From Dysgonomonas sp. 216 (GTDB taxonomy: Bacteria > Bacteroidota > Bacteroidia > Bacteroidales > Dysgonomonadaceae): DNA of 64,000 nt. The translations under genes were made by a program, and so were the position numbers. The stretch spans positions 109,083 to 173,082 of the forward strand of contig NZ_QVMM01000001.1 in assembly GCF_010501065.1 (NCBI RefSeq), given 5' to 3'. Within the stretch, counting starts at the first letter, position 1; each line of letters begins with the position of its first letter. This document shows, one piece after another, positions 49,017 through 61,585 of the stretch. The notes beneath the pieces are model-generated. The model saw only the letters and a list, made by a program, of their open reading frames with translations, searched no databases and was not told the DNA's origin.

Positions 49017-49841
49017 TTATTTCTTTCTTCTTTCAATTATGTACTTAGAAGAATGTTTCTTCGGTGCTCTTGTTTTAAGCCCCTTAGCGTACAATCCTTT
49101 ACGTGATCTTGGGTGTCCTCCCGAAGAGCGACCTTCACCACCACCCATTGGGTGATCGACAGGGTTCATCACAACACCACGGTTGTGTGGGCGACGTCCA
49201 AGCCATCTAGAGCGTCCGGCTTTACCTGATTTTTCAAGCGCATGATCTGAGTTTCCTACACTACCGATTGTTGCTTTACAAGATAGAAGAATCTTGCGAG
49301 TTTCACCCGAAGGCATTTTGATAATTGCATAGCTTCCTTCGCGAGAAGTTAACTGTGCAAATGTACCTGCCGAGCGAACCATTTTAGCTCCTTGACCGGG
49401 ACGTAATTCTATATTGTGAATTACTGTACCGATAGGAATTTTCGCTAATGGTAATGCATTTCCTACTTCAGGAGCAGCATCTGCTCCCGACATCACTGTC
49501 TGACCAACTTCCAAACCGTTAGGAGCAAGCATATATGCTTTTTCTCCGTCGGCATAAAACAACAATGCGATACGAGCCGAACGGTTCGGATCGTATTCTA
49601 TTGTTTTTACAATGGCTGGAACTCCGTCTTTTGTTCTCTTGAAGTCGATAATTCTGTATTTCCTTTTATGACCACCTCCAAGATAACGCATTGTCATCTT
49701 ACCGGTATTGTTACGGCCACCTGAAGTATTCTTTCCGACTACAAGCGATTTCTCTGGTACATTTGTTGTGATGCTTTCAAAAGTACCAATAACTTTGTGT
49801 CTTTGCCCCGGTGTTGTGGGCTTTAATTTACGTACTGCCAT
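49017..49841 (-). CDS. rplB: 50S ribosomal protein L2
   Basis: [17 protein letters not shown]...[15 protein letters not shown]...[14 protein letters not shown]. Confidence 0.95.
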   Translation of the reverse strand: MAVRKLKPTTPGQRHKVIGTFESITTNVPEKSLVVGKNTSGGRNNTGKMTMRYLGGGHKRKYRIIDFKRTKDGVPAIVKTIEYDPNRSARIALLFYADGEKAYMLAPNGLEVGQTVMSGADAAPEVGNALPLAKIPIGTVIHNIELRPGQGAKMVRSAGTFAQLTSREGSYAIIKMPSGETRKILLSCKATIGSVGNSDHALEKSGKAGRSRWLGRRPHNRGVVMNPVDHPMGGGEGRSSGGHPRSRKGLYAKGLKTRAPKKHSSKYIIERRKK

Positions 49842-49848
49842 TTTTTAT

Positions 49849-50142
49849 TTAGATATTACTAAAAAAGTCTATAATTTCGCCCTCTTTCAAGGTAACGATT
49901 GCTTTCTTGAATGCAGGAGTTTTACCCGATATTACACCCGATTTTGTATAACGGCTTTTGCGTTTTCCGGCATAATTCATTGTGTTTACTCTAACTACAC
50001 TCACGTTATATAGCTGCTCTACTGCATTTTTGATATCCACTTTATTAGCAGTAGGAACAACACGAAAAGCATAACGATTTGGATACTTTTCAGTAATCGC
50101 TGTTTGCTTTTCTGTTAATATTGGTTTTATCAAAATTCCCAT
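49849..50142 (-). CDS. rplW: 50S ribosomal protein L23
   Basis: MGILIKPILTEKQTAITEKYPNRYAFRVVPTANKVDIKNAVEQLYNVSV. Confidence 0.95.
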   Translation of the reverse strand: MGILIKPILTEKQTAITEKYPNRYAFRVVPTANKVDIKNAVEQLYNVSVVRVNTMNYAGKRKSRYTKSGVISGKTPAFKKAIVTLKEGEIIDFFSNI

Positions 50143-50154
50143 TTTTTATTCTCC

Positions 50155-50784
50155 TTATGCTTTAAAAAGGTTATCAATTGCTGCTACTGACGATTCGGCC
50201 AACAATAAACATGTGCAATCCAAAATCGAGTAAGTGTTTAACTCAGAAGCAGTTATAACTTTAACTCTTTGCAAATTTCGAGCCGACAAATATACGTTTT
50301 TATTTTGATCTGGCAAAACCAAAAGTAGCTTTTTATCAGCAACTTGCAAGCTGTTAGCCATAGCAACGAAATCTTTTGTTTTTGGAGCATCGAACGATAA
50401 GTCCTCAACTACCATTATCTGATTTTCTTTTGCTTTGTAAGCTAAAGCCGATTTACGAGCTAACGCTTTTACTTTTTTGTTCAGTTTGAAACTATAGTTA
50501 CGAGGACGTGGACCAAATACACGAGCACCACCTACAAGTACAGGAGAGTTGATATCACCACGACGTGCACCACCACTACCTTTTTGACGGATAAGCTTAC
50601 GAGTACTTCCCGACATTTCGCTTCTCTCTTTCGATTTGTGTGTACCTTGACGCTGATTAGCCATATATTGTTTAACATCTAACCAAATAACATGGTCATT
50701 TGGCTCGATGCCATAAATAGCATCATTCAAAGTAACTTTCTTTCCGGTTTCTTTACCGCTTATATTAAATACACTAAGTTCCAT
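50155..50784 (-). CDS. rplD: 50S ribosomal protein L4
   Basis: [19 protein letters not shown]...[27 protein letters not shown]. Confidence 0.95.
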   Translation of the reverse strand: MELSVFNISGKETGKKVTLNDAIYGIEPNDHVIWLDVKQYMANQRQGTHKSKERSEMSGSTRKLIRQKGSGGARRGDINSPVLVGGARVFGPRPRNYSFKLNKKVKALARKSALAYKAKENQIMVVEDLSFDAPKTKDFVAMANSLQVADKKLLLVLPDQNKNVYLSARNLQRVKVITASELNTYSILDCTCLLLAESSVAAIDNLFKA

Positions 50785-51404
50785 TATTTCTCAATTAATA
50801 CGATTGAACCTTTGCTTCCCGGAACAGAACCTTTAATCAATAACAGATTATGCTCTGCAATAACTTTGATAATCTCTAGGTTTTGAACAGTAACACGTAC
50901 GTTACCCATTTGTCCACCCATTCTTGTTCCCTTAAAAACTTTAGCTGGATAAGAACATGCTCCGATCGAACCCGGTGCACGCAAGCGGTTGTGCTGCCCT
51001 AAAGTAGCTTCTCCTACCCCACGGAATCCGTGACGTTTAACAACCCCCTGAAATCCCTTACCTTTCGATGTACCTACAACATCAACAAAAACTACGTTTT
51101 CGTCAAAAACCTGATCTACAGTCAGCACATCTCCAAGTTTGCAATCAGTAAATCCTTTGAACTCAGCCAAGTGCCTTTTTGGAGTTACTCCTGCTTTCTT
51201 AAAATGTCCCATAAGAGGTTTAGATGTGTGTTTATCCTTTTTATCGGCAAACCCCAACTGAACCGCTTCGTAACCATCTGTATCAGCAGTTTTTACTTGA
51301 GTAACAACACAAGGACCTACTTCGATAACAGTGCATGGAACGTTTTTTCCATCGGCACTGAATACGGATGTCATTCCGATTTTCTTTCCTAATAATCCTG
51401 GCAT
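50784..51404 (-). CDS. rplC: 50S ribosomal protein L3
   Basis: [39 protein letters not shown]. Confidence 0.95.
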   Translation of the reverse strand: MPGLLGKKIGMTSVFSADGKNVPCTVIEVGPCVVTQVKTADTDGYEAVQLGFADKKDKHTSKPLMGHFKKAGVTPKRHLAEFKGFTDCKLGDVLTVDQVFDENVVFVDVVGTSKGKGFQGVVKRHGFRGVGEATLGQHNRLRAPGSIGACSYPAKVFKGTRMGGQMGNVRVTVQNLEIIKVIAEHNLLLIKGSVPGSKGSIVLIEK

Positions 51405-51436
51405 TTCTTTTTTATTTTACTATTAATACTCTCTGA

Positions 51437-51742
51437 TCAAACTTTAATTTCTACTTCTACACCACTTGGCAACTCAAGTTTCATAAGCGCATCTACTGTT
51501 TTAGCTGTTGAGCTATAGATGTCGATAAGTCTTTTATACGAAGACAATTCGAATTGCTCACGAGACTTCTTGTTAACGAAAGTCGAACGGTTTACTGTAA
51601 AAATACGTTTGTGTGTTGGTAATGGAATTGGGCCACTAACCACTGCACCTGTAGCTTTTACTGTTTTAACGATTTTCTCTGCCGACTTGTCAACCAGGTT
51701 GTAATCGTAAGATTTCAGTTTGATTCTGATTTTTTGACTCAT
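51437..51742 (-). CDS. rpsJ: 30S ribosomal protein S10
   Basis: [43 protein letters not shown]. Confidence 0.95.
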   Translation of the reverse strand: MSQKIRIKLKSYDYNLVDKSAEKIVKTVKATGAVVSGPIPLPTHKRIFTVNRSTFVNKKSREQFELSSYKRLIDIYSSTAKTVDALMKLELPSGVEVEIKV

Positions 51743-51831
51743 GTCTTTTTTTATTATTTATAATTCATAATTAAGCATGCAAACCATAATTAAGAGTCAT
51801 TTACTAACTACGGTTTGCACACCTCGATTTT

Positions 51832-53958
51832 CTATTTTATAAGATCGACACGCCCTTGAGCTTCTGTCAATACTTGTTTAGCAATAGAAGAAGAAACCTC
51901 TTCGTAGTGCGAGAATGTCATTGAAGACGTTGCACGACCCGAAGTAATAGTTCTTAATGCTGTAACATATCCGAACATTTCGGCCAAAGGAACTTTAGCT
52001 TTAACGATACGCGCACCAGAACGGTTAGATTCCATACCTTCAACTTGACCACGACGCTTATTCAAGTCAGAAATCACGTCACCCATACTTTCTTCAGGAG
52101 TAACAACTTCTACTTTCATAATAGGTTCAAGAAGAACAGGACGAGCTTTTTCTGAAGCAGCTCTGTATGCCTGCATAGCACAAAGTTCGTATGACAACTG
52201 GTCAGAGTCAACTGGGTGATAAGAACCATCAACAAGCACAACTTTCAGTTTTTCTACCGCAAAACCGGCAAGAACCCCTGTAGTCATAGCACGAGCAAAT
52301 CCCTTTTGTACAGATGGAATAAATTCTTTAGGAATATTACCACCTTTCACCTCATCTACAAACTGAAGGCTTCCTTCGAAATCTGCATCAGCAGGACCAA
52401 CTTTAACAATGATATCGGCAAATTTACCACGACCCCCTGTTTGTTTTTTGTAAACTTCACGAAGCTCTACTGTTTCGGTCAATGCCTCACGGTAAGCAAC
52501 CTGAGGACGTCCTTGGTTACATTCAACTTTAAACTCACGTTTCAAACGGTCGATAATAATTTCCAAGTGAAGCTCACCCATACCCTCAATAATAGTTTGA
52601 CCACTATCTTCGTCAGTATGAACACGGAATGTTGGATCTTCTTCCGACAGCTTAGCTAAACCGTTAGAAAGTTTATCAATATCTTTTTGAGTTTTAGGCT
52701 CTATCGAAATACCAATAACCGGATCGGGGAAGTCTATAGCTTCTAACACAATAGGATGTGCCTCGTCGCAAAGAGTATCTCCTGTACGAATATCTTTAAA
52801 CCCAACTCCTGCACCTATATCACCAGTTCCGATAACTTCCTTCGGATTTTGTTTATTTGAGTGCATTTGGAATAAGCGCGAAATACGCTCTTTCTTTTCC
52901 GAACGTGTATTATATACGTAAGAACCCGCATTCAATTCACCCGAATATACACGGAAGAAACACAAACGTCCTACAAATGGGTCGGTCGCAATTTTAAACG
53001 CCAACGCACATAGAGGCTCTTCCGGATTTGGCTTACGAACTAAAACTTTATCAGGATCGCGAGGATCTGTACCTTCGATAGCCGGAGTATCGGCAGGACT
53101 AGGTAGATATAAACAAACCGCATCCAGCAAAGGCTGAACTCCTTTATTTTTGAATGAAGATCCACACAACATTGGCATGATCTGCATTGCAAGAGTTCCT
53201 TTACGAATAGCTACTCTGATTTCATCTTCTGTTATAGTCGATGGATCGTCAAAGTATTTCTCCATAACTGTATCATCACACTCTGCGATAGTTTCAAGTA
53301 AGTTATCTCTCCACTCATTTGCTTCATCAACAAATTCGGCAGGAATTTCTTCTACAGTATAATCAGCACCCATTGCTTCATCGTGCCAGAACATTGCTTT
53401 CATTGTTACCAAGTCAACAATTCCTCTGAACTTTTCTTCTGCACCAACAGGTATCTGTATAGGGCAAGCAACTGCGCCCAACATTTCTTTTATCTGACGA
53501 GAAACTTCAAGGAAGTTCGCTCCCGAACGGTCCATTTTGTTCACATAACAAATACGGGGTACATTGTATTTATCAGCCTGACGCCAAACAGTTTCAGACT
53601 GAGGCTCAACACCCGACACCGCATCGAATGCAGCAATTGCACCGTCCAAAATACGTAGCGAACGCTCTACTTCCACTGTAAAGTCAACGTGCCCCGGAGT
53701 ATCAATAAGGTTGATTTTAAACATCTCGTTATTGTACTTCCATTGGGTAGTTGTAGCAGCAGAAGTAATTGTGATACCACGTTCCTGTTCTTGTTCCATC
53801 CAGTCCATAGTAGCGGCACCATCGTGCACCTCACCAATTTTGTGAGTCAGACCTGTATAGAAAAGAATACGTTCCGAAGTAGTCGTTTTACCGGCATCAA
53901 TGTGAGCCATGATGCCTATATTTCTGGTATTTTTTAAATTATCTGTACTTTTTGCCAT
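51832..53958 (-). CDS. fusA: elongation factor G
   Basis: [24 protein letters not shown]...[59 protein letters not shown]. Confidence 0.95.
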   Translation of the reverse strand: MAKSTDNLKNTRNIGIMAHIDAGKTTTSERILFYTGLTHKIGEVHDGAATMDWMEQEQERGITITSAATTTQWKYNNEMFKINLIDTPGHVDFTVEVERSLRILDGAIAAFDAVSGVEPQSETVWRQADKYNVPRICYVNKMDRSGANFLEVSRQIKEMLGAVACPIQIPVGAEEKFRGIVDLVTMKAMFWHDEAMGADYTVEEIPAEFVDEANEWRDNLLETIAECDDTVMEKYFDDPSTITEDEIRVAIRKGTLAMQIMPMLCGSSFKNKGVQPLLDAVCLYLPSPADTPAIEGTDPRDPDKVLVRKPNPEEPLCALAFKIATDPFVGRLCFFRVYSGELNAGSYVYNTRSEKKERISRLFQMHSNKQNPKEVIGTGDIGAGVGFKDIRTGDTLCDEAHPIVLEAIDFPDPVIGISIEPKTQKDIDKLSNGLAKLSEEDPTFRVHTDEDSGQTIIEGMGELHLEIIIDRLKREFKVECNQGRPQVAYREALTETVELREVYKKQTGGRGKFADIIVKVGPADADFEGSLQFVDEVKGGNIPKEFIPSVQKGFARAMTTGVLAGFAVEKLKVVLVDGSYHPVDSDQLSYELCAMQAYRAASEKARPVLLEPIMKVEVVTPEESMGDVISDLNKRRGQVEGMESNRSGARIVKAKVPLAEMFGYVTALRTITSGRATSSMTFSHYEEVSSSIAKQVLTEAQGRVDLIK

Positions 53959-53976
53959 TGTTTTTTACTCCCTTAA

Positions 53977-54453
53977 TTAAAATCTGAAATGAGCGAACGC
54001 ACGGTTAGCTTCGGCCATACGATGCATGTCCTCTTTCTTTTTATAAGCACCACCTTGACTGTTGAATGCATCAACAATTTCGGCTGCCAATTTATCTGCC
54101 ATTGATTTACCTCCTCTTTTACGAGAGAAAAGAATAAGGTTTTTCATACAAATAGACTCTTTACGGTCAGGACGAATTTCTGTTGGCACTTGGAATGTAG
54201 CACCACCAACACGACGAGATTTAACTTCGACCTGAGGTGTAATATTATCCAAAGCTGCTTTCCAAATTTCTAATGGAGATTTTTCTTCGTTAGGTAATTT
54301 TGTTTTCACAACATCTAACGCTGAATAAAAAATTGTGAACGCGATACTTTTTTTACCGTCGTACATTAAATGGTTAACAAATTTTGTAACCTTTACATCA
54401 CCGAAGACAGGATCAGGTAATATCTGTCTTTTCTTTGGTTTTGCTTTTCTCAT
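53977..54453 (-). CDS. rpsG: 30S ribosomal protein S7
   Basis: [36 protein letters not shown]. Confidence 0.95.
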   Translation of the reverse strand: MRKAKPKKRQILPDPVFGDVKVTKFVNHLMYDGKKSIAFTIFYSALDVVKTKLPNEEKSPLEIWKAALDNITPQVEVKSRRVGGATFQVPTEIRPDRKESICMKNLILFSRKRGGKSMADKLAAEIVDAFNSQGGAYKKKEDMHRMAEANRAFAHFRF

Positions 54454-54594
54454 TGTTTTTCTTCAATTTAAATTGTTTGGCTGCTAATCTTTGTATCTTC
54501 AATAATTCCTCCGAATTATTTACTCAACCTTTTCTTTTAGCCTACCTAAAAAATAATAATTTAATTTTTTTGATAAAATAATCTTATTTACCGA

Positions 54595-54999
54595 TTATTT
54601 TTTCTTTGCTGTAGCAGCTGCTGCTCCTGGTTTTGGACGTTTTGCCCCATACTTAGAGCGTCTTTGCGTACGACCATTCACACCAGCAGTATCCAATGTA
54701 CCACGAACGATGTGATAGCGTACCCCCGGAAGATCTTTCACACGACCACCTCTAACCAACACAATAGAGTGCTCTTGCAAGTTATGTCCTTCTCCAGGAA
54801 TATAAGCATTCACCTCTTTTGAGTTTGTTAAACGCACACGCGCTACTTTACGCATCGCCGAGTTAGGTTTCTTTGGCGTAGTAGTATAAACTCTTACACA
54901 AACACCACGTCTTTGAGGACATGAATCTAATGCTGGAGATTTACTCTTGTCAACCAAAACAGCCCGTCCTTTTCTTACTAATTGTTGAATTGTAGGCAT
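54595..54999 (-). CDS. rpsL: 30S ribosomal protein S12
   Basis: [57 protein letters not shown]. Confidence 0.95.
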   Translation of the reverse strand: MPTIQQLVRKGRAVLVDKSKSPALDSCPQRRGVCVRVYTTTPKKPNSAMRKVARVRLTNSKEVNAYIPGEGHNLQEHSIVLVRGGRVKDLPGVRYHIVRGTLDTAGVNGRTQRRSKYGAKRPKPGAAAATAKKK

Positions 55000-55250
55000 C
55001 TTTTTTTACTTTAAAACTTAAAATTAAATTTATTTTCAATTATTTGCATTAAATAACTTATGCGACAAAAGCCACCAATAACCACATGACTATCAATTAA
55101 ATAGCCAAGATTATCCGGTGAATTTCACACAAACGAGTCGCAAAATTACACATTATCAATAAGATATACAAATATTTACTAAAAAAAATAGCCATAAGAT
55201 TGTTTTTATCTCATGACTATATATCAAATACGTATAAACGATTTTCTTTA

Positions 55251-56438
55251 TCAGCTACAATATTTTAAAGCCAGATAAACCATTGTTCCAACCGATGTTT
55301 TTAAAGAATCTTCATCAATCAGAAATGTAGAAGTATGCAAACCCGTACAGTTTTGTGCACCAACAACCCCAAATCGATAAAATGTAGAAGGATACACCTG
55401 AGAGAAAAAACCAAAATCTTCCGAAGTCATACGCTTAGGCAATCCGGCCACCTTTTCGTCTCCTAAAAACTCAATAGCAAACTGTTTCATTAACGCCGTA
55501 ACCCCCTCGTCGTTGTAAGTACATGGATACCCATCGTAAACGTCTATTTCGCATTCGCAGCCATAAGCCAAAGCCGTATTTTTTGCAATTTCCACTATTA
55601 TATTTTTCGCCTTCATCCTTTCGTCTTCGTCCATACACCTCAATGTTCCGGCAAGAACAACTTCGTCGGGTATTACATTTGTTGCCCCGTCAGCAATAAA
55701 TTTCCCGAACGAAAGCACCATTGGCTTAAATGGGTTTGAGCGACGACTCACCACTTGTTGCATTGCCACTACAACCTGAGATGCAGCCAAAACCGTATCA
55801 TTTAATAAATGAGGCAATGCACCATGTCCGCCTTTGCCTTTTATTTTAAGATGTACTTCATCGGCAGAAGCCATTATCACCCCATCCTGAAAGCCAACAG
55901 TACCAACCGGATAATCGACATAAACATGTTGCCCTACCATTACATCAGGTTTTAATTCGTCAAAGACCCCATCTTCGAGCATAAGACGGGCACCACCGGG
56001 ATGTTTCTCTTCCCCCGGTTGAAAAACAAACAACACAGTACCATCCAATCTATCTTTCATCCCATTTATTATCTTTACAACAGACAACAAACTAGCCGTA
56101 TGCGAATCGTGCCCACAAGCATGCATCACCCCATCGTTTTCCGATTTATACTCAACATCATTCGCCTCAGTTATAGGTAAAGCGTCCATATCGGCTCGAA
56201 GAGCTATTGTTTTGCCTTCGGGATTCCGCCCCTTTATCCATGCCAACACCCCAAAACCTCCTATTTTATCACGAAAGCCTACCCCCATGTTTTTCAAAAC
56301 AGAAACCACGTATTCCGAAGTATTTTTTTCATGAAACGACAGTTCGGGACGGCGGTGCAAATATCTATAATGCTCCACCGTTTCGGGATGAAGCTTATCA
56401 ACCTCTTTTTTTATAAGATGGGCAAGTTCTTTATCCAT
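55251..56438 (-). CDS. M20D-family amidohydrolase (N-acyl-L-amino-acid amidohydrolase / hippurate hydrolase-like)
   Basis: MDKELAHLIKKEVDKLHPETVEHYRYLHRRPELSFHEKNTSEYV...ADMDALPITE...HACGHDSHTASLL...GGAR has the M20 metal-binding His/Asp/Glu pattern. The internal ATG 56438 is taken as the start. Confidence 0.75.
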   Translation of the reverse strand: MDKELAHLIKKEVDKLHPETVEHYRYLHRRPELSFHEKNTSEYVVSVLKNMGVGFRDKIGGFGVLAWIKGRNPEGKTIALRADMDALPITEANDVEYKSENDGVMHACGHDSHTASLLSVVKIINGMKDRLDGTVLFVFQPGEEKHPGGARLMLEDGVFDELKPDVMVGQHVYVDYPVGTVGFQDGVIMASADEVHLKIKGKGGHGALPHLLNDTVLAASQVVVAMQQVVSRRSNPFKPMVLSFGKFIADGATNVIPDEVVLAGTLRCMDEDERMKAKNIIVEIAKNTALAYGCECEIDVYDGYPCTYNDEGVTALMKQFAIEFLGDEKVAGLPKRMTSEDFGFFSQVYPSTFYRFGVVGAQNCTGLHTSTFLIDEDSLKTSVGTMVYLALKYCS

Positions 56439-56488
56439 AGCTTTAAAATTGTATATTTGTATCGAATAAAACAAAGATACAAAGAAGA

Positions 56489-57100
56489 ATGATTATAAAA
56501 GATGCAAAATTTGTCATAAGTAACACCGATTACAACAAATGCCCTCAGGATGGAAAACCCGAATACGCTTTCATCGGACGATCGAATGTCGGCAAATCGT
56601 CATTAATCAACATGCTAACTAACCGCAAGGGGCTTGCTATGACTTCGTCGAAACCCGGCAAGACACAACTTATAAACCATTTTATCATAAACGACGATTG
56701 GTATCTTGTGGATCTTCCCGGATATGGTTACGCCCAGCGAGGCAAAGATGGACGAGAGCGCATACGAATCATTATCGACTCGTATATACAAAACAGAGAA
56801 GCCCTTACCAACCTATTTGTTTTATTAGACTGCCGACATGAACCTCAGAAAATCGATCTTGAGTTTATTGAATGGCTTGGCGAAAACGGCATTCCATTCT
56901 CGATAATTTTCACAAAAACGGATAAACTAAGTAAGTCTAAATCGAAATCCAATATCGATTTATACATTGAAAAGCTTAGAGAAACATGGGAAGAACTTCC
57001 CCCTATATTCCTTACCTCGTCAGAATACAAAATCGGGCGTGACGAAGTACTTAACTATATTGACAGCATTAACAAGGAAATTCAGAACCCTTCGCGATGA
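56489..57100 (+). CDS. engB: ribosome biogenesis GTPase YsxC/EngB (YihA)
   Basis: [41 protein letters not shown]...[10 protein letters not shown]...FTKTDKL carries the G1, G3 and G4 motifs. Confidence 0.9.
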   Translation: MIIKDAKFVISNTDYNKCPQDGKPEYAFIGRSNVGKSSLINMLTNRKGLAMTSSKPGKTQLINHFIINDDWYLVDLPGYGYAQRGKDGRERIRIIIDSYIQNREALTNLFVLLDCRHEPQKIDLEFIEWLGENGIPFSIIFTKTDKLSKSKSKSNIDLYIEKLRETWEELPPIFLTSSEYKIGRDEVLNYIDSINKEIQNPSR

Positions 57101-58716
57101 AAATTTCAGACATTTTGCGAGTAAAGGATAATAAATTTACGATAATAACCTTCCTTTTATTATTTATCATTGCTTTCACCTTACGATTAAGCATAAAGGA
57201 GTTTTCGTTAGCCAGCATTATATTCAGCATTACCAATGTCCTCATTCTATACCTTTTTACAGATACAATCGCACGTACATTTTTACGGATTCCGTTAATC
57301 GTTTTTCTTTCGTCCTTAATTACCGTCGACACGACATTGATGCTTGTTTATAACAATCCTTTAAATTATGGAGTCATCGCATCAATATTTGAGACGAACA
57401 TTTCCGAAACATTAAGTATGGGTAAATTTATTTTCCCCATAGGCATTACTGTATTAATCTTAATTTCGTACCTGATTATTAAAACAACGGCAGAATTTAA
57501 AAGACGGAAACAACTAAAATTATATTTAACAATACCAACATTCTTAATTCTCTTATTCATCGTCCCTCCCATCCTTGATTATCAAGGTTCGATAAATTCA
57601 TCAAACCTAAAATCGTATACCAAAACCTTTTGGAAAGACCCATTATTATTATATTCCAATATAATATACGTAAAGTATCCGCTTGTTATAAACGATATAT
57701 TTGTAACTATTTCGTATTTCGACGAGATGAAAAAATACAAAAATGAAATACTAAGCGACAAAGTTTTACCCGAAGGTATTTCGCTTGATAAAAACAACAC
57801 TAACAAGCCCGATAAAATAATATTTGTTATTGGCGAAAGCTCATATTCAGCCCACTACTCGCTGTATGGGTACAGTATAAAGACAACACCATCGCTCGAC
57901 AGCCTCTACAACAACACAAACCTTCTTTCTTTTTACAAAAACATTATATCATCGGCAAGTTATACGCGCGATGCTCTACGTATAGCTTTATCGTTTGCCA
58001 CCCCACACGAAGAACAGCCTTTTATTAATCAAAAAAACATACTGAATCTTGCAAAAGACGCAGGATATGAAACTTCGTGGATATCGAACCATGGAAAGTA
58101 TGGTCTGCACAACACTTTTTTAGGCATGGTTGCATCCCACGCCGATTATAAATATTACGAAGACACGAACAACGACCTCGATTTGATTCCACTGCTGCAA
58201 CAACAACTAAAAGACAGCAATAAGCAACAATTTATCACTGTTCACTTAAGAGGAAGCCACAAGTCTTATAGCGATAAATTTGACAAGCAAGACACCCAGA
58301 TGCTAGGCTCGGAAGGCAAAACAATAGATTATGATAAGTCGATACATCACACCGATAGGGTCTTAAAAAAAATAGTTGAATTAACGAACGATAGTTGCTT
58401 TAAGTCTGTCATCTATTATTTTTCCGATCATGGCGAGGTCATTAATACCGGGCATGCAATTCTCAACAAATGGAAATGCCAGTATCAGGTCCCCCTAGTA
58501 CTAATACAAAACAAGCCGTTTTTAGACACCGACAACATTATCAGAAAATATTACGACAGCAGAAACAGAATAAATACAAATGCAACACCTTATATATTGG
58601 GCGAAATTATGGGCTACTCTATAACAGATAGTCTTGTTGAAAAAACAAAAAGAGACGGGCTATACATTTATCAGGCCGACGGCTCGGTTATCCTATTCGA
58701 TAACATTGTTGATTAA
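57097..58716 (+). CDS. phosphoethanolamine-transferase-like membrane protein (EptA/OpgE family: N-terminal 5-TM domain plus periplasmic sulfatase domain), paralog 1
   Basis: Five predicted N-terminal transmembrane helices. The sulfatase/alkaline-phosphatase fold has [31 protein letters not shown] and IYYFSDHGE. Its ATG overlaps the engB TGA as ATGA. Confidence 0.7.
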   Translation: MKISDILRVKDNKFTIITFLLLFIIAFTLRLSIKEFSLASIIFSITNVLILYLFTDTIARTFLRIPLIVFLSSLITVDTTLMLVYNNPLNYGVIASIFETNISETLSMGKFIFPIGITVLILISYLIIKTTAEFKRRKQLKLYLTIPTFLILLFIVPPILDYQGSINSSNLKSYTKTFWKDPLLLYSNIIYVKYPLVINDIFVTISYFDEMKKYKNEILSDKVLPEGISLDKNNTNKPDKIIFVIGESSYSAHYSLYGYSIKTTPSLDSLYNNTNLLSFYKNIISSASYTRDALRIALSFATPHEEQPFINQKNILNLAKDAGYETSWISNHGKYGLHNTFLGMVASHADYKYYEDTNNDLDLIPLLQQQLKDSNKQQFITVHLRGSHKSYSDKFDKQDTQMLGSEGKTIDYDKSIHHTDRVLKKIVELTNDSCFKSVIYYFSDHGEVINTGHAILNKWKCQYQVPLVLIQNKPFLDTDNIIRKYYDSRNRINTNATPYILGEIMGYSITDSLVEKTKRDGLYIYQADGSVILFDNIVD

Positions 58717-58726
58717 ACAGAAGCAA

Positions 58727-60343
58727 ATGAATAACAGTGAACTAAAAAATATTATAAAAGAAAATAAATACACAACAATCTGCTTTTGTTTGTTATTTGC
58801 GTTTGCGCTACTATTAAGGCTCAGCATAAAAGAGATATCCTTCAGCAGTATTTTTTTCTCTTTACTCAACACAGCATTCATTTATATTGTTATAGCCTGT
58901 TTTTCAAAAACAATAATAAGAATCCCTCTATCAATTATTATAGCACTACTCATTGCTATTGATATAACCGTTTTGTACACATGTGGCGAGGCTCTGAATT
59001 ACGGCATATTGGCATCTATATTAGAGACTAACACAGAAGAAGCCTACAGTATGTCGGGTCTGTATTTACCTATGGGTGCAATTACATTTATCCTTTTAAG
59101 TTTTATTTTAATCAAGACCTCAAACGAACTAAAAAAATCGTCGAAAATCAACATATACTTCACTGCCCTCTTTCTTATTTTGAGCATCTTTTGCATACCT
59201 CTTTTTTTGGAAATAAAATCAGGCGGAGACAACATAAACGTTGCCAAAGAAAAAGCAAAGTCATCGATCAGTTATTTTTTCGCCAGAATTATACCGATAA
59301 AATACCCGCTTATCGTTAGCGATTTCTTCTTGTACGCTGCCTATAAAACCGATATGAAAACAATTACCTCATCTGTTAATATCCCAAAACAATTACCTCA
59401 AGGCATATCGGTAAAAACAGAAAGCAACGTTCCTGAGAAAATAATATTTATTATAGGCGAAAGTTCGTACAACGCTCACTATTCACTTTACGGATATAAT
59501 TTAAATACCACTCCGTTTTTAGACAGTTTAAACAACAACAGCAATCTGCTGAACTTTTACAACAATGCTATAAGTTCGGCCAACTACACCCGCGACGCCT
59601 TACGAATAAGCCTATCGTTTGCTTCGCCGCAAAATGGTCAAGCATTTCTTGACAAAAAAAACATTGTACACCTTGCCGAAGATGCAGGATATGAAACATA
59701 CTGGATTTCGAACCAGTCGAAATATGGGCCAGTAGATTCTTTTGTTGGCATAATTTCGGCTACGGCACAAAACTCGTATTACGAAAAAAAACTCCGACGC
59801 GATGATCTGGAACTCATCCCTGTCCTAAAACAAGCCTTAGAAAACGACAAAAAGCAATTCATTACCCTTCATCTGTCGGGCAGCCACATGATGTATGACG
59901 AACGCTACGATGAAACAGACACTAAAGCATTAGGATCGGACGGAAAGACTATAGAATACGATAAGTCGGTACATCACACCGATAGAGTTTTGCGTGAAGC
60001 GTTTTCAACCATAAATAAAGCGCATCAAAAAGCGCTGATATATTACTTTTCCGACCATGGGGAGCAGGTAAACGTAGGACACTCCATACCTAACAAATGG
60101 AAATCTCAGTACCAAGTACCTTTAATTATAATACAAAACAAGCCATTTTTAGACACCAACAGCATTATCTGCAAATATTACGACAGCAGGAGTAGAATAA
60201 ATACAAACGCAACGCCTTACATATTGGGCGAAATTATGGGTTACTCAATAACCGACAGTCTTATTGAAAAAACTAAAAGAGACGGACTGTACATTTATCA
60301 GGCTGATGGATCGGTAATACCATTCGACAATATCATTGATTGA
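58727..60343 (+). CDS. phosphoethanolamine-transferase-like membrane protein, paralog 2 (tandem duplicate)
   Basis: Same architecture: [31 protein letters not shown] and IYYFSDHGE. The C-terminal ~60 aa are nearly identical to paralog 1 (~85% nucleotide identity there). The start is taken at the ATG 58727 (MNNSELK...), not the track's overlapping upstream start. Confidence 0.7.
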   Translation: MNNSELKNIIKENKYTTICFCLLFAFALLLRLSIKEISFSSIFFSLLNTAFIYIVIACFSKTIIRIPLSIIIALLIAIDITVLYTCGEALNYGILASILETNTEEAYSMSGLYLPMGAITFILLSFILIKTSNELKKSSKINIYFTALFLILSIFCIPLFLEIKSGGDNINVAKEKAKSSISYFFARIIPIKYPLIVSDFFLYAAYKTDMKTITSSVNIPKQLPQGISVKTESNVPEKIIFIIGESSYNAHYSLYGYNLNTTPFLDSLNNNSNLLNFYNNAISSANYTRDALRISLSFASPQNGQAFLDKKNIVHLAEDAGYETYWISNQSKYGPVDSFVGIISATAQNSYYEKKLRRDDLELIPVLKQALENDKKQFITLHLSGSHMMYDERYDETDTKALGSDGKTIEYDKSVHHTDRVLREAFSTINKAHQKALIYYFSDHGEQVNVGHSIPNKWKSQYQVPLIIIQNKPFLDTNSIICKYYDSRSRINTNATPYILGEIMGYSITDSLIEKTKRDGLYIYQADGSVIPFDNIID

Positions 60344-60498
60344 CAAGTAGACTTGCTATTTTATCACAGAAAAAAGCCGGACAAAATAAATTTTGATATT
60401 TTTATTCGGTTTTTACTTGCTATATGTAATGATTCAAATAATAAATTATTAATTTTGGGGTTCGTCAATCGAACAACAACTCTAATTTTATATAATGT

Positions 60499-61572
60499 AT
60501 GAAAAAGCATAATTTTAGTGCGGGACCATCAATCCTACCTCAACAAACAATTAAGGGAACAGCCGAAGCTATTCTCGACTTCAACAATTCTGGTTTGTCG
60601 TTAATGGAGATAAGCCACAGAAGTAAAGGTTTTCAGGCCGTAATGGACGAAGCCATAGAACTATTTAAGGAACTACTTAACATACCCGAAGGTTATTCGG
60701 TTATATTCCTTGGGGGAGGAGCAAGCCTTCAGTTCTGCATGGCACCTTTCAACTTGTTAGAAAAGAAAGCTGCTTATCTGAACACCGGAACATGGGCTAA
60801 CAAAGCAATGAAAGAAGCTAAATTATTTGGCGAAGTTGTTGAAGTAGCAACATCGAAACCTGATAATTACACTTACATACCTAAAAACTACGAAATACCT
60901 GCCGATGCAGATTATTTCCATATAACAACTAACAATACCATATTTGGAACAGAACTACATACAGACATTGACTCGCCTGTACCTTTGGTAGCCGACATGT
61001 CGTCCGACATTTTTGCTCGAGTTATCGATGTATCGAAATATGGTCTTATCTACGGAGGAGCGCAAAAAAATCTTGCTCCCGCCGGCGTTACTTTCGTTAT
61101 TGTAAAAGACGAATTGCTTGGTAAAGTTAGCCGCCCGATACCAACCATGTTGGACTACCGTACACATATCGAAAATGGTTCTATGTTCAATACACCTCCT
61201 GTAGTACCTATTTATGCAGCTGTTGAAACCTTAAGATGGTTAAAAGCAATGGGCGGGGTTCCTGCAATGGAAAAACTGAACAAAGAAAAAGCGACTATTC
61301 TGTATAACGAAATAGACCGCAATCCATTGTTCCGTGGCACATGTGCTGTTGAAGACCGTTCGTTAATGAATGTTTGCTTTGTTATGACAGACGAATACAA
61401 GGACCTTGAAGCCGATTTCCTTAAATTCGCAATAGAAAAAGGAATGGACGGAATTAAAGGTCACCGTTCGGTTGGAGGTTTCCGTGCATCTATTTACAAC
61501 GCTATGCCAAAAGAAAGTGTACAAGCATTGATAGATTGCATGCAAGAATTCGAAAAACAACATGCTAAATAA
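60499..61572 (+). CDS. serC: phosphoserine aminotransferase
   Basis: [79 protein letters not shown]. Confidence 0.9.
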   Translation: MKKHNFSAGPSILPQQTIKGTAEAILDFNNSGLSLMEISHRSKGFQAVMDEAIELFKELLNIPEGYSVIFLGGGASLQFCMAPFNLLEKKAAYLNTGTWANKAMKEAKLFGEVVEVATSKPDNYTYIPKNYEIPADADYFHITTNNTIFGTELHTDIDSPVPLVADMSSDIFARVIDVSKYGLIYGGAQKNLAPAGVTFVIVKDELLGKVSRPIPTMLDYRTHIENGSMFNTPPVVPIYAAVETLRWLKAMGGVPAMEKLNKEKATILYNEIDRNPLFRGTCAVEDRSLMNVCFVMTDEYKDLEADFLKFAIEKGMDGIKGHRSVGGFRASIYNAMPKESVQALIDCMQEFEKQHAK

Positions 61573-61585
61573 TTAATAAACAACA

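Noticed and set aside
37378-54999. Small antisense or overlapping ORFs throughout the ribosomal protein operons (for example 38039..38275, 47722..48243, 52216..52659).
   Set aside because: They lie fully inside highly conserved ribosomal, fusA or rpoA genes on the opposite strand or in shifted frames, and have no supporting features.
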